This document shows, one piece after another, positions 9,456-18,637 of a stretch of DNA of 64,000 nt. The position numbers and the translations under genes are program-made. This DNA comes from Chloroflexota bacterium (GTDB lineage: Bacteria; Chloroflexota; Anaerolineae; Anaerolineales; VGOW01). Numbering within the stretch: position 1 is the first letter of the stretch; each line of letters opens with the position of its first letter. The notes under the pieces are model-generated. The model was not told the DNA's origin and made no database searches. It worked only from the letters and a program-made list of their open reading frames with translations. Where the stretch lies: contig JACPWC010000057.1 in NCBI GenBank assembly GCA_016197225.1, positions 44,675 to 108,674 on the forward strand, read 5' to 3'.

Positions 9456-10213
9456 CGCCGCCAACACTCCCCGACTATCTCGAACTACGCTTACGTTTCG
9501 CCGTCACACGCGAAGCGGCGCAGGGCGCGCTCAATTGGGCGCAACCGCTGGCAATGGAAACTCTCGGCGTGCACACTCAGCGGCAAACACTCGTCGAAGG
9601 CGAACTGCCCGCTTACCTCGTGATGACCACGCCCGAAACCAACGGTGGCTGGTCGGAACTCATGCCGTTGTGGTTCAAGCCCTACGAGCGCCCGGTGCCA
9701 CTCCATTGCCTCGACAACTGGGCCCTGTTCGCTTTGCTCTATCGTTCCGCCTTCGGCTCGGATGCCGACACGCCGGCCTTCGCCGTTGAAAATCTGGCGC
9801 GGGTGATCATCGGCGCAGATTTGCTCATCCCGTTTTTGCCGGGCACTGACGGGGCCGGGCGGTTCTTGCGGCATGGCGCTCTGCCAATCTTGTTAGCGAT
9901 CTTGTGGCTTGAGTCGGAAGTGCGCGACGCCTGGTTAGCTCTGCACGAATGCGGCGGGCAAATATTCGTCGCCGAAAATAACTTGCGGGACGTCGAAAAT
10001 CTGAACGAATGGCTAGAGCGAATTGAGAATGAGGCCTGGCTGGCGCCTGAACGCGAAGCGGTTGCCAGCGAGGCGGCGGTCGCCACATTTTTGGCCGACC
10101 CAACACGTTTCACTCAGTACAGCGCGTTGTTCGGCGGACTGTGTTTGAGTGTGGCGGCCCTGGCCGCCGCACTGGGCAGTGATTGGCGGCAGTGGGTATT
10201 TCCTTTCTGGTGA
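9452..10213 (+). CDS. hypothetical protein, translationally coupled to the TorD-like gene
   Basis: ATGA overlap at 9452-9455; 253 aa; no recognisable motif. Confidence 0.45.
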   Translation: MTPPTLPDYLELRLRFAVTREAAQGALNWAQPLAMETLGVHTQRQTLVEGELPAYLVMTTPETNGGWSELMPLWFKPYERPVPLHCLDNWALFALLYRSAFGSDADTPAFAVENLARVIIGADLLIPFLPGTDGAGRFLRHGALPILLAILWLESEVRDAWLALHECGGQIFVAENNLRDVENLNEWLERIENEAWLAPEREAVASEAAVATFLADPTRFTQYSALFGGLCLSVAALAAALGSDWRQWVFPFW

Positions 10214-11022
10214 CTCTCTTCTTGTGGATCGAGGCGCGCCGCTATCGCTATTACGAATTATGGAGTCTGCGCACGCGGCTGATGGAAACGGATTTCTACG
10301 CCGCCATGCTCGTGCCGCCATTTGCCCCCAGTCCCGAATGGGCCGAGAGCCTCTCGGAAAGCCTCCTCCAGCCCGATTTCCCCATCAGCATGTGGGAGGC
10401 TTTTGGCCGCCGCTTCCGCCGCAACTATTTGTGGATCTTTCTTATCCTGGCCGCCGCCTGGTTGCTCAAGACATTTCTACATCCCGTTCCGGCCGCCTCG
10501 TTTGAAGAAATGATCGTCCGCTCCGGCCTCGGCCCCGTTCCCGGCTGGGCGGTGCTTGCCGCCGGCCTGTTGTACAACGGAGTGCTATTCATGATCGGCT
10601 TTCTCACTGCCGGACTCAATCAGGCCACCGGAGAGGTCTTGCCCAAATGGGGCGGCAACTTCCCGGTGCTCAACACCCTGTGGCGAGCGATGGAAGTGCG
10701 CGATTCCGAAACGGCGGCCAGCCCCCGATCTGCCTCGCGGCCAACCGGGCGAAAGCGCAACCAGTTATTAGCCTTCATCATCTCCTCCAAACCGCAGGCA
10801 ATTTCCGACCGGGTGCTCAAGGAATTGAATCGCGGCCTCACCGCTCTACACGGGCGCGGCATGTATGCTCAACAGGAACGTGATGTGCTGATGATTGCCG
10901 TGACCGTCACCGAAATGCAACGCCTCAAATCGCTGATCAAGGCCGAAGACCCGAATGCCTTCTGCATCATCGCCCCGGCACAGGAGATCCTCGGGCGAGG
11001 CTTTCAGCCACTGGAAAAGTGA
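10183..11022 (+). CDS. membrane protein with a C-terminal DUF2179-like (PII-fold, YitT-type) domain
   Basis: N-terminal TM segments; C-terminal LMIAVTVTEMQRLKSLIKAEDPNAFCIIAPAQEILGRGF resembles the DUF2179 signature. Confidence 0.5.
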   Translation: MAAVGISFLVTLFLWIEARRYRYYELWSLRTRLMETDFYAAMLVPPFAPSPEWAESLSESLLQPDFPISMWEAFGRRFRRNYLWIFLILAAAWLLKTFLHPVPAASFEEMIVRSGLGPVPGWAVLAAGLLYNGVLFMIGFLTAGLNQATGEVLPKWGGNFPVLNTLWRAMEVRDSETAASPRSASRPTGRKRNQLLAFIISSKPQAISDRVLKELNRGLTALHGRGMYAQQERDVLMIAVTVTEMQRLKSLIKAEDPNAFCIIAPAQEILGRGFQPLEK

Positions 11023-11115
11023 AGTCTCTCGCCGACGTGCTGGCCGGAACCATGCCTGGGCTTGACTTACCGCAATTCTGCCAGAGTTTGAGCCACTTAA
11101 CACACGCACCAACGC

Positions 11116-12345
11116 CTAGCCGAGCCAGAACGGAAAAATCAGGAAGAGGACGACATTGATCAACCCGTGGGCAATCGAAACGCCCAGGAGTGAGCCTGTT
11201 CGGGCGACGATGAGACTGAACAGCAGTCCCACGCCAAAGGCAAAGACAAGCTCTAACGGCAAAGCGTAACCCAGATGCCAGGCGGCGAATAGCACGGCCA
11301 CGTAGGGAATGCCGAATCGCCCCAGACTTTCGACGGCGGTTCGTTGTATCAATCCGCGAAAGATCAATTCTTCGACAAACCCGCCGAACACCATCAGGAT
11401 CAGGGCTGGCAACCACAGCTGCTCCCACGTCAGAGACTCGATCAAGCGGGGCGGTCGCAAAATGAGATATTCGACGTAACCCAATCCGATGCCGGACAAG
11501 CCGACGACGAGTTGCACCGGCAGGCCCCGAACGGTCAGCCCCATCTTCCGCCCACCAAACCCTATCGTTCGCGCCGTTAAAAATACGGCGACCATCAGCG
11601 GCAGGCCGACCACCAACGGCCAAAACGTTGGCGGGAATTGCGCCAGCGGAACAGCCAGACTGAGAATCCGGATCAGGGGAGCCAGGCTCAGGCTCAACAC
11701 GAATCGCTGTTGCGGGCCGCGGCCTCTAAACGAAGCATGGATGATAAGCGCAATAAAAAGCACAATGTGCAACCCTAATCCGATCACCGGCGATACCAGG
11801 GTCGTGATACCTTCGGCCAGGATCAGCGCGGCCAGATAGCCAAACGGGGCGACAAGATTTTCGTTGACTTGGAGCTTGCTGAAGCGGGGGCGGGCAACTG
11901 CCGCGTTCGAGGCGTTGGCTGCCTCTAAATCTGCGAGCGGCGGGTTTGTAATCTCTGCGATGGCGGCATTCAGGGCTGGCGGCGTCTGTGTTTCAATTTT
12001 AGACGTTAGCTCTGCCGCCCAGTTCAAGCCATCGGCGGCGAGAGGGTTATCCGGCTCAAGGACTAACGCTTGTTTGAAATAGTCCAGAGCCGCCGCCGGA
12101 GTCGGCGCGGTCCAACCCAGCAGCAGCCAGGCCTGAAAATGTGCGGGGTCGAGTTTGACGGCGGTCTGGAGCAGCTGATGAGCCGCGTCGGGCCGGTTGG
12201 CGCGCAGGGCCGCCAGCGCCGCGACGAACGGCGTTTCCCCCGTCGGCGCTGAGGCAAGGTCCTGAGTGGTGTTAGCCATGAACGCATTATAACTTTTTGC
12301 GGCACAACACACTGTAGCCGAGAGTAAAGTCCTGTGCGCGATCAA
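11116..12345 (-). CDS. TPR-repeat protein fused to a CPBP (CAAX/Abi) intramembrane metalloprotease domain
   Basis: N-terminal TPR-like helices; C-terminal FVEELIFRGL...WHLGY, i.e. the EExxxR and H motifs of the CPBP family, with multiple TM helices. Confidence 0.7.
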   Translation of the reverse strand: MIAHRTLLSATVCCAAKSYNAFMANTTQDLASAPTGETPFVAALAALRANRPDAAHQLLQTAVKLDPAHFQAWLLLGWTAPTPAAALDYFKQALVLEPDNPLAADGLNWAAELTSKIETQTPPALNAAIAEITNPPLADLEAANASNAAVARPRFSKLQVNENLVAPFGYLAALILAEGITTLVSPVIGLGLHIVLFIALIIHASFRGRGPQQRFVLSLSLAPLIRILSLAVPLAQFPPTFWPLVVGLPLMVAVFLTARTIGFGGRKMGLTVRGLPVQLVVGLSGIGLGYVEYLILRPPRLIESLTWEQLWLPALILMVFGGFVEELIFRGLIQRTAVESLGRFGIPYVAVLFAAWHLGYALPLELVFAFGVGLLFSLIVARTGSLLGVSIAHGLINVVLFLIFPFWLG

Positions 12346-12979
12346 AATGGTCTAACAGAGAACCCAGCCACGGGAGCGGGGCAAGCATTGCCCAACATAC
12401 GGCGTAGACCGCGGCCACCCACCACCGCCGTTGTTGGGCCATCGGGCCAAAGAGTTGAGTCGGGATCTGCGCCGTCATGCAACCGATCATCGAGAAGATG
12501 CCGCCGCGATGCTTGAGGCGCACGATTTCAAACCCGGCTTCATCGAGGAGTTTGGTCAGTCCACGCGCAGTCCACCGCTGGTAGTCCACGTAATCGTGCA
12601 CGCCCCAGATTAAAGGAACGGTGATGAGCAAATAGCCGCCTTCCTCCAGTACTCGCCGTATCTCGGCCAGGGCTTGGGGCGGATTGGGAAGGTGCTCGAA
12701 GACTTCGGTAGCCAGGGCGAGGCGGGCGACCCCGGAAGCAAAAGGCAGGTTTTCTCCGTCGGCTCTCACATCAGCCTGTTCAAAGTAATCCAACGTGAGG
12801 TAGCGGTCGTACTGGAACAGAGGGCGGTACGGGGCGAGCCGGCCACTGCCAATGTCGAGGATCAACGGCATCGGGCCGACGAGGCGGGCGAACTCGGCGA
12901 GGTGAGTTGTCAGGTGATGGCGGGGCAGGCTGAGTTGCCGCGAGAGGACGCGCCCCATTAATCCCAATCGTTGCATCAT
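12287..12979 (-). CDS. class I SAM-dependent methyltransferase
   Basis: ILDIGSG motif I and the acidic loop ...LATEVFEHLPNPPQALAEIRRVLEEGGYLLITVP. Confidence 0.7.
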   Translation of the reverse strand: MMQRLGLMGRVLSRQLSLPRHHLTTHLAEFARLVGPMPLILDIGSGRLAPYRPLFQYDRYLTLDYFEQADVRADGENLPFASGVARLALATEVFEHLPNPPQALAEIRRVLEEGGYLLITVPLIWGVHDYVDYQRWTARGLTKLLDEAGFEIVRLKHRGGIFSMIGCMTAQIPTQLFGPMAQQRRWWVAAVYAVCWAMLAPLPWLGSLLDHFDRAQDFTLGYSVLCRKKL

Positions 12980-13809
12980 CGCGCTTGACCTTCACCCGGT
13001 TTGGCGGCAAGGATGGACGCCGATGGCATGAGCAAATAGATCAGGCTCGATGGCGGGCGCAGGAAACTCAACCGCCTCACCCAGGTTTGGAGCGCGGGGT
13101 TAACAATGAGGTCTGGCCGGGTCAGAGTAGCGTGTAATAGATTGGTTGTGTGCGTGACCCCGGCCTGCCGCAGAGCCTTCAGCACGTCAAAGGGAGTCAA
13201 ATAATGGATGTGATGAACGAAGTAGTATGGATCGCGCCCCAGACAGCGCAACAGTTGCTGGCCGATCCACTTGGGCGTGTAAGGCGCCCACGGCAGATGA
13301 TAATGCGGCTCCATCGGCCAGAGATAATTCGGGCAATTGATCAGGCACAAGCCGCCTGGCTTCAGCACCCGGATCATTTCGCCGACGACCCGTTCCAGAT
13401 CGTCCACATGCTCGACGACAAAATTTGAGCAGACCAGATCGAAGCTATTGTCTCTGAAGGGAAGCTGTTCGCCTACTGCCTGGTTGACCCGGAATCGTTT
13501 CGAGTAACGACCGCCTCTTGCCGCCGCAACCGTCAGCCACGCCTGATCCGGGTCAATCCCTGTCACCTGCGCCGCGCCGGCCTCAAGCAGACTCAGCATC
13601 ATATCGCCAAAGCCGCATCCCACATCCAGAATATGTTTTCCTCTCAGGTCAACGAAACTCGCCAATCGCTTGACTTGCCCCTCCAGCCCGGTCTGCAAAC
13701 GCCGCGCAACCGCCGCTTCCCAATCCGGCAGGCCGAGAGTGTCACGATAGTAGGCTTCAAGGATGACCTGCATTGAAGCGTGAATGTCTGTCGTCATATT
13801 GCAATCCAT
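12976..13809 (-). CDS. class I SAM-dependent methyltransferase
   Basis: HILDVGCGFGDM motif I, DLVCSNFVVEHV, VLKPGGLCLINCPN; ATGA overlap with the downstream gene. Confidence 0.75.
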   Translation of the reverse strand: MDCNMTTDIHASMQVILEAYYRDTLGLPDWEAAVARRLQTGLEGQVKRLASFVDLRGKHILDVGCGFGDMMLSLLEAGAAQVTGIDPDQAWLTVAAARGGRYSKRFRVNQAVGEQLPFRDNSFDLVCSNFVVEHVDDLERVVGEMIRVLKPGGLCLINCPNYLWPMEPHYHLPWAPYTPKWIGQQLLRCLGRDPYYFVHHIHYLTPFDVLKALRQAGVTHTTNLLHATLTRPDLIVNPALQTWVRRLSFLRPPSSLIYLLMPSASILAAKPGEGQAR

Positions 13810-16178
13810 TATGGCGCAAACCGGAGCACAAGCGACTGCTCCGGGCCGGGGCCGCTGTCTTTCTGCAAATCAACTCTGAGCGGGTCAGTCCAGGCGGCTG
13901 GCAGAGTCAGAGTGCCCTGCCACGACTCGGAGTCGTTCAGGATAATGGGCGTTGTGACCCGGTGGACGCGGTAGGTCGTCGTCTGCCCTTCGTGATTGAT
14001 CAGGCGCAGGCCGATGCAGATATTCGAGTCACAGGAGGCGACGCTTTCCACGTAGAACTCTGTATAAGGTTCAGCCGCCGCCTGCCTGGATAGCCGATCG
14101 GCCAACGGCCCATAACCCAACATCAACACACTCGTCAGCAGGATGATCAACATGATCTTGTTGCTCGCCGACTGCCGCCAAAGACGCCACAGGCTCAACC
14201 CGGCCAGTCCGGCTAGCGTCAGCGGTGCCAGCCACCCGGGCGAAGGCGCGCCCAGCAGATTGGCCAGCAGGTATTCCACAAAGACAAGCAGAAGCGCTAA
14301 CGCGACACCCAGGCCAAGCCCGGCTTCAACGTCGGCTCGCGCCAAAACCGTCAGCCCGGCCCCGCACAGAATCAAAAGAACGATCTGGCCGGTTGCCAAC
14401 AGCCAGGGCAACACTTGATCGCCGGCGTTGAAAACGGGCAGCGAATCAGAAGCAGAAAGCAGATCGCGCATTTGAAATCCGCGCGACACACTTAACGGCG
14501 GGGCGTAAACTTCGGCCCAGCCCGCATCGTAAATGCGGCCTAGCTTGCCAGCCGTGAACGACTCCAGAGAAATGTTGGAAGCGAACTGATACTGATCGCG
14601 CTCGCCGACTATCAGGGAGGCCGAGGGCGACGGTATCGCCGGCTCCAGATCGCAGTGCGCGCATCCCGGGTTGTTGCCGGTGAGCGGGCGGATCAGGCGG
14701 TAGAGGCCGAGTCCGGCGAAGATGTCGGCCTCGGGGCGGAGTTGCAGAATCAGATCGTATTCCTGCCGCAACAGCAGAGAGCGCGTCTCGCCCTGCGCGA
14801 GGTCGGGTTGGCGTTGCGAGTAGAGGTGGGCAGGCACGCGATACAGACTGTTTAGCCCATAGACGACGAACACCAGCCCCAGCGGCCACGACAGCCACCG
14901 CCGTCCTTGAAATGAAATCAGCACCGTATAAGCGGCGGCGGGCAACAAAAAGGCATAGCTCAAAATCTCAAAGCGGCTGGGGAGCGAACTGGTTCCCTGA
15001 ACTCTGCCGAGTGTAACCAGCACACTCCCCAGACCCATCATCCCGCCCCACAACACAAAGATTGTGTGCCAGACTCGCCGGCTTTTGCCGGAAGTGAACG
15101 ATCCGGCCAGAGCCAGCAGGCCGAACAGGGCAGTGGTCAGCATTTGCAGGTACAACAAAATTGTGTAGCGCGCCGTCTGCGGCAGTTTTAGCGCCGCCAC
15201 TTCCGGCCCGGCGGTGGCGTCCTGAAACAGCGACTCGGCCAGCCTCAGTGGCGTGTATCGCAGATAAAGCCAGTACATGGAGAGAGCCACAAAAATGAAG
15301 AGCCACAGGGTGAAATTGATCTGGCCCACGCTGGAGAAATGGAGTCGATCTTTCAACCAGGAGAGGCGCGCCCCGTAATGCGCCACCAGCGCCAACAGCA
15401 CAAACATCAACAGCGCCAACGCCATGAGGTGGTGCGCAAAAATAACGCCAACGCTGAGGGCCATTGCCGCCAGCCGGTAAAAACGCCCCGCCGTCTCCTG
15501 CGACTTCACAATCGAATAGATGGCCGCCAGAAATAGAGCGAAGGCCAGCGTCTCGCGCACGTAGAGCGAGTGAAACATGAGGTACATGTACGTCAGGCCA
15601 AAGCCCAGCGCGCCCAACAGCGCAACCCGTTTCGACTGATAGACTTCCAGGCTGATCGCATAAACCAACTGCAGAGAGATTAGACTGAGGAAGGGCATTG
15701 ACCAGCGCGCCCAGGTCATCAGCGATAGCTGGACGGGGCCGGTGAGTGACAGGCTGATGGCGGAGAGAAAAGGGTAACTGGTTTGATGCGGCCACAACGA
15801 CAGCCCTTCATTCCACGGGGAAAGCGCCAACCAGCCCGAGCGCCCGATCTCGGACGTGGCGGCGTAATCGTGGTAGGCATCCGAACCGAAAAAGGGGACG
15901 GTTGCCGGGGCAAAGATGGTTTTGAACAGCCAGACCAGAGTCATAATTGCCCACAAGGCCCAGATGAGCGATGGCGCTTCATCGTGGCTAATCAAAATCC
16001 ACACGACCAGCGCCGTGATCGCCAGCGCACTGCCGCCCCAAAACAGGCTCACGGGCAAATACAGTCCGGCCCGAACGGCGATCAGATAAGCCAGCAAAAC
16101 GATCAAACTGATCCCAAACAAACTCTGGCAGACCCGTATCGGCAAGCGTGGCGCAATCCCGGTTGAGTTTACGTTCAT
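13809..16178 (-). CDS. large polytopic membrane protein, putative GT-C-type glycosyltransferase/polymerase (PMT/ArnT-like)
   Basis: 789 aa with more than 15 hydrophobic helices and a large C-terminal soluble region; embedded in a glycosyltransferase operon next to a polyprenol-P-sugar synthase-like GT2. Function is inferred from context only. Confidence 0.4.
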   Translation of the reverse strand: MNVNSTGIAPRLPIRVCQSLFGISLIVLLAYLIAVRAGLYLPVSLFWGGSALAITALVVWILISHDEAPSLIWALWAIMTLVWLFKTIFAPATVPFFGSDAYHDYAATSEIGRSGWLALSPWNEGLSLWPHQTSYPFLSAISLSLTGPVQLSLMTWARWSMPFLSLISLQLVYAISLEVYQSKRVALLGALGFGLTYMYLMFHSLYVRETLAFALFLAAIYSIVKSQETAGRFYRLAAMALSVGVIFAHHLMALALLMFVLLALVAHYGARLSWLKDRLHFSSVGQINFTLWLFIFVALSMYWLYLRYTPLRLAESLFQDATAGPEVAALKLPQTARYTILLYLQMLTTALFGLLALAGSFTSGKSRRVWHTIFVLWGGMMGLGSVLVTLGRVQGTSSLPSRFEILSYAFLLPAAAYTVLISFQGRRWLSWPLGLVFVVYGLNSLYRVPAHLYSQRQPDLAQGETRSLLLRQEYDLILQLRPEADIFAGLGLYRLIRPLTGNNPGCAHCDLEPAIPSPSASLIVGERDQYQFASNISLESFTAGKLGRIYDAGWAEVYAPPLSVSRGFQMRDLLSASDSLPVFNAGDQVLPWLLATGQIVLLILCGAGLTVLARADVEAGLGLGVALALLLVFVEYLLANLLGAPSPGWLAPLTLAGLAGLSLWRLWRQSASNKIMLIILLTSVLMLGYGPLADRLSRQAAAEPYTEFYVESVASCDSNICIGLRLINHEGQTTTYRVHRVTTPIILNDSESWQGTLTLPAAWTDPLRVDLQKDSGPGPEQSLVLRFAP

Positions 16179-17362
16179 CTTAGAACCGCATCCGGGCGCG
16201 CTTGTGGTTGGCGGCGGGCCAGCGCCTCTTCGCAGATTTGAATCAACTGCGCTCCTGTCGCTTCAACGCTGTAGGCCTGCATGGCCTGACTACGCCGTTC
16301 ACGCGCCATCTCAGAGTCCGATTCACGGGTGATGAAGTCAATGAGAGCTTCAGCCAGCGCTTCTTCGGCGGCAGGCACGATGCGCCCCATCTCCGGCGAA
16401 GCGGAGAGCACCTGCCGCGCATCGCCGATGTCGGTGCTCACGACCGGCGTGCCGCAAGCCAACGCCTCTTTGATCACCGTCGGGCTTCCCTCTTCGAGCG
16501 AACACAGGGCCAGCACGTCCGCCGCCGCGTAATAGTGGGCAACTTGATCCGGCAGAACTTCGCCGACGAACGTGATCCGGTCGCTGCATTGGGCCGCCAG
16601 CGATTTTAGCATCGCCCCGCTTTCTCCGTGGCCGGCAAGCCAGAGCCGGGCCTCAGGCACTTTTTGGGCTACGAGGGCGAAGGCGCGCAAGAGAAGAGGA
16701 ATGTTTTTGACGGGGGCCAACCGGCCCATGAATAAAACAAGGCGAGCTTCGGGAGGCAGGTTGAGGGCCGCCCGCGCTTCGCTCTGGCGCAAGCGATGCA
16801 TGTGGCTAAGATCAACCGCCGATGGCACGCAGGCGGTGAGGCGCGCCTGAGGATAGCGCCGGGTGTAGTACAGGCGCGTCGCCGGGTCCACCGGCACAAT
16901 CGCGTCACAGCCGTTGACGCAAATGCGTTCGGCCAGCCGGTATAGCCAGCCAAACAACGCAAACAAGTTCGGAAAACTCAAACGCAAAAAGTGGGCGGGA
17001 GTCGCGCTGATCATGACTTTGGGCTGGCCGGGCTTAAACAGCACAAAGGCCAACATGCAATCCATGCGGTGGGTGACGACAACGGCGTCCGCCGGAATTT
17101 GTAGGAAGGGTAAGCGCAAATAGAGGTTTAGCAAATAGCCCGCCCATCCTGTCCAGTGGGCGGCCTCGTGGCTGATGGCAATGTGAGTCCACGAAGCGGC
17201 GGGGTTGGGCGCTCCGGCTTGCGCTCCGATCGCGGTGACACCCCAGCCATGATCGAGCAGGACCCGCAACAAATTCATCAGGTAGCGAATGCCACCGCCG
17301 CTGGCCGGGTGAAACGAGTCCATCGGATGGGCGATCACCGCCTGCTTGAGAGTTTGGGTCAT
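16175..17362 (-). CDS. glycosyltransferase family 4 (GT-B)
   Basis: EGSPTVIKEALACGTPVVSTDIGD, the E-x7-E GT4 motif. Confidence 0.8.
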   Translation of the reverse strand: MTQTLKQAVIAHPMDSFHPASGGGIRYLMNLLRVLLDHGWGVTAIGAQAGAPNPAASWTHIAISHEAAHWTGWAGYLLNLYLRLPFLQIPADAVVVTHRMDCMLAFVLFKPGQPKVMISATPAHFLRLSFPNLFALFGWLYRLAERICVNGCDAIVPVDPATRLYYTRRYPQARLTACVPSAVDLSHMHRLRQSEARAALNLPPEARLVLFMGRLAPVKNIPLLLRAFALVAQKVPEARLWLAGHGESGAMLKSLAAQCSDRITFVGEVLPDQVAHYYAAADVLALCSLEEGSPTVIKEALACGTPVVSTDIGDARQVLSASPEMGRIVPAAEEALAEALIDFITRESDSEMARERRSQAMQAYSVEATGAQLIQICEEALARRQPQARPDAVLR

Positions 17363-18637
17363 GATCCGGTTTGCCGTTTTCTAATCAGAAGCAAATAGGC
17401 CGCCGCCGCCGATTGGGCAACTCCCCACACAATGCCCACCATGAACAGCCCGCGCTGAAGACTTAGTTGGGCCAGCAGTAGACTCACCAGCGCGATCAAG
17501 CCAAAGGCGATGTTGATCGAGCCTAGCTGTTTGCGAATGCGTTGCGTTGCCGTCAACAAGTACACCAGCGCCGCCGGCAGGGTGGCGACGGCCAGCCACC
17601 GCAACGCCGCCGCGCCGCCGGCGGCATAAGCCGGGCCGAAAATGCCCAACAACAAATCGGCGGCCACCATCACGGCCAGGGCCATCGCCGCCGTAATTCC
17701 CAATGCTACACCCAATGCCCGTGTTCGCAACTGCGCCAACCGGCCCGCCTCGCGCGATCCCTCCACAAAAAGCGACAGCGAGACCGAAGCCGAAACGGTC
17801 GTCAACATACTGAAGATGTTCCAGGCGATGTAAAAGTAGGCGGCGCTCGCCGCGCCAAGTTGATTGGCGATCAGGTGGGGCAACGCTTGATAAGGAAGAT
17901 CGTGCAGTAGGTTGCCCGCGTAGCTGTTGGCCGAATACCCGCTCACCTGCCGCAATCGCGCTACGTGAAAAGCGGGGCGGGGGGCGTAGCCGGCGATCTG
18001 CCGGGGCAGGACGAGAAGGGTCGTCGCCGCAACCGCCAAAACCAGAGGCAGGGCAAAGGCTATCATCACCATCGTCGGCGAGGGCCGAACCGAGGCCAAC
18101 GCCAACAGCCCGACCCGCCCGAGTCCGGTCAACATATTTTTCCAGAGCAGAACGCGGCTGGCGCGAAGGGCGGTCAGCATTTGATCGAGCAACTGAAACA
18201 GGGCCAGCGACACCGTCATCAGGATGAACATGACTCCATAGCCGCCAGACTGTGAGAGCCGCCCCAGCTCTGGCGAGAGATGCGGCCCGGCGACGAGGGC
18301 GAGCGCCGCCAGAGTCAAGGCCAACCCGCCGGCGACGGTCAGGACCGAGTTCAACAACATCGCCGCCTCGGCTCCGGCCTCCGGCAGGAATCGGATCACT
18401 CCGTAGCCCAGCCCCATCTGCGCCGCCGTCGTGATCAATTGAACAGTGGAGATCGCCACGACCGCCAGACCGATGCTTTCGGGCGGATACAGGCGAGCCG
18501 CGCTCCACCAGAACAGCACCCCCAATCCCGTCACGGCAAAAGTGTTGGCGGCGAGATACGAAGAACCGGCGATCAAATGGTCGCTCCGAATCCGGCGATA
18601 CCAAGCTTGCACAAAGGTGAGCATTGAAGAACTCATG
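17359..18637 (-). CDS. oligosaccharide flippase (Wzx/MOP superfamily polysaccharide biosynthesis protein)
   Basis: About 12-14 TM helices and the usual PST-family layout. The ORF track extends to 19071, but ATG 18637 (MSSSMLTF) forms an ATGA overlap with the upstream stop, so I chose that. Confidence 0.65.

Noticed and set aside
14968-15795. 275-aa minus-strand ORF in another frame of the large membrane-protein gene
   Set aside because: Out-of-frame overlap with a long hydrophobic ORF; Gly/Ala/Arg-rich.
17381-18604. 407-aa ORF overlapping the flippase gene in another frame
   Set aside because: The translation is an Arg/Gly/Pro-rich, stop-free alternative frame of a GC-rich gene; no motifs.
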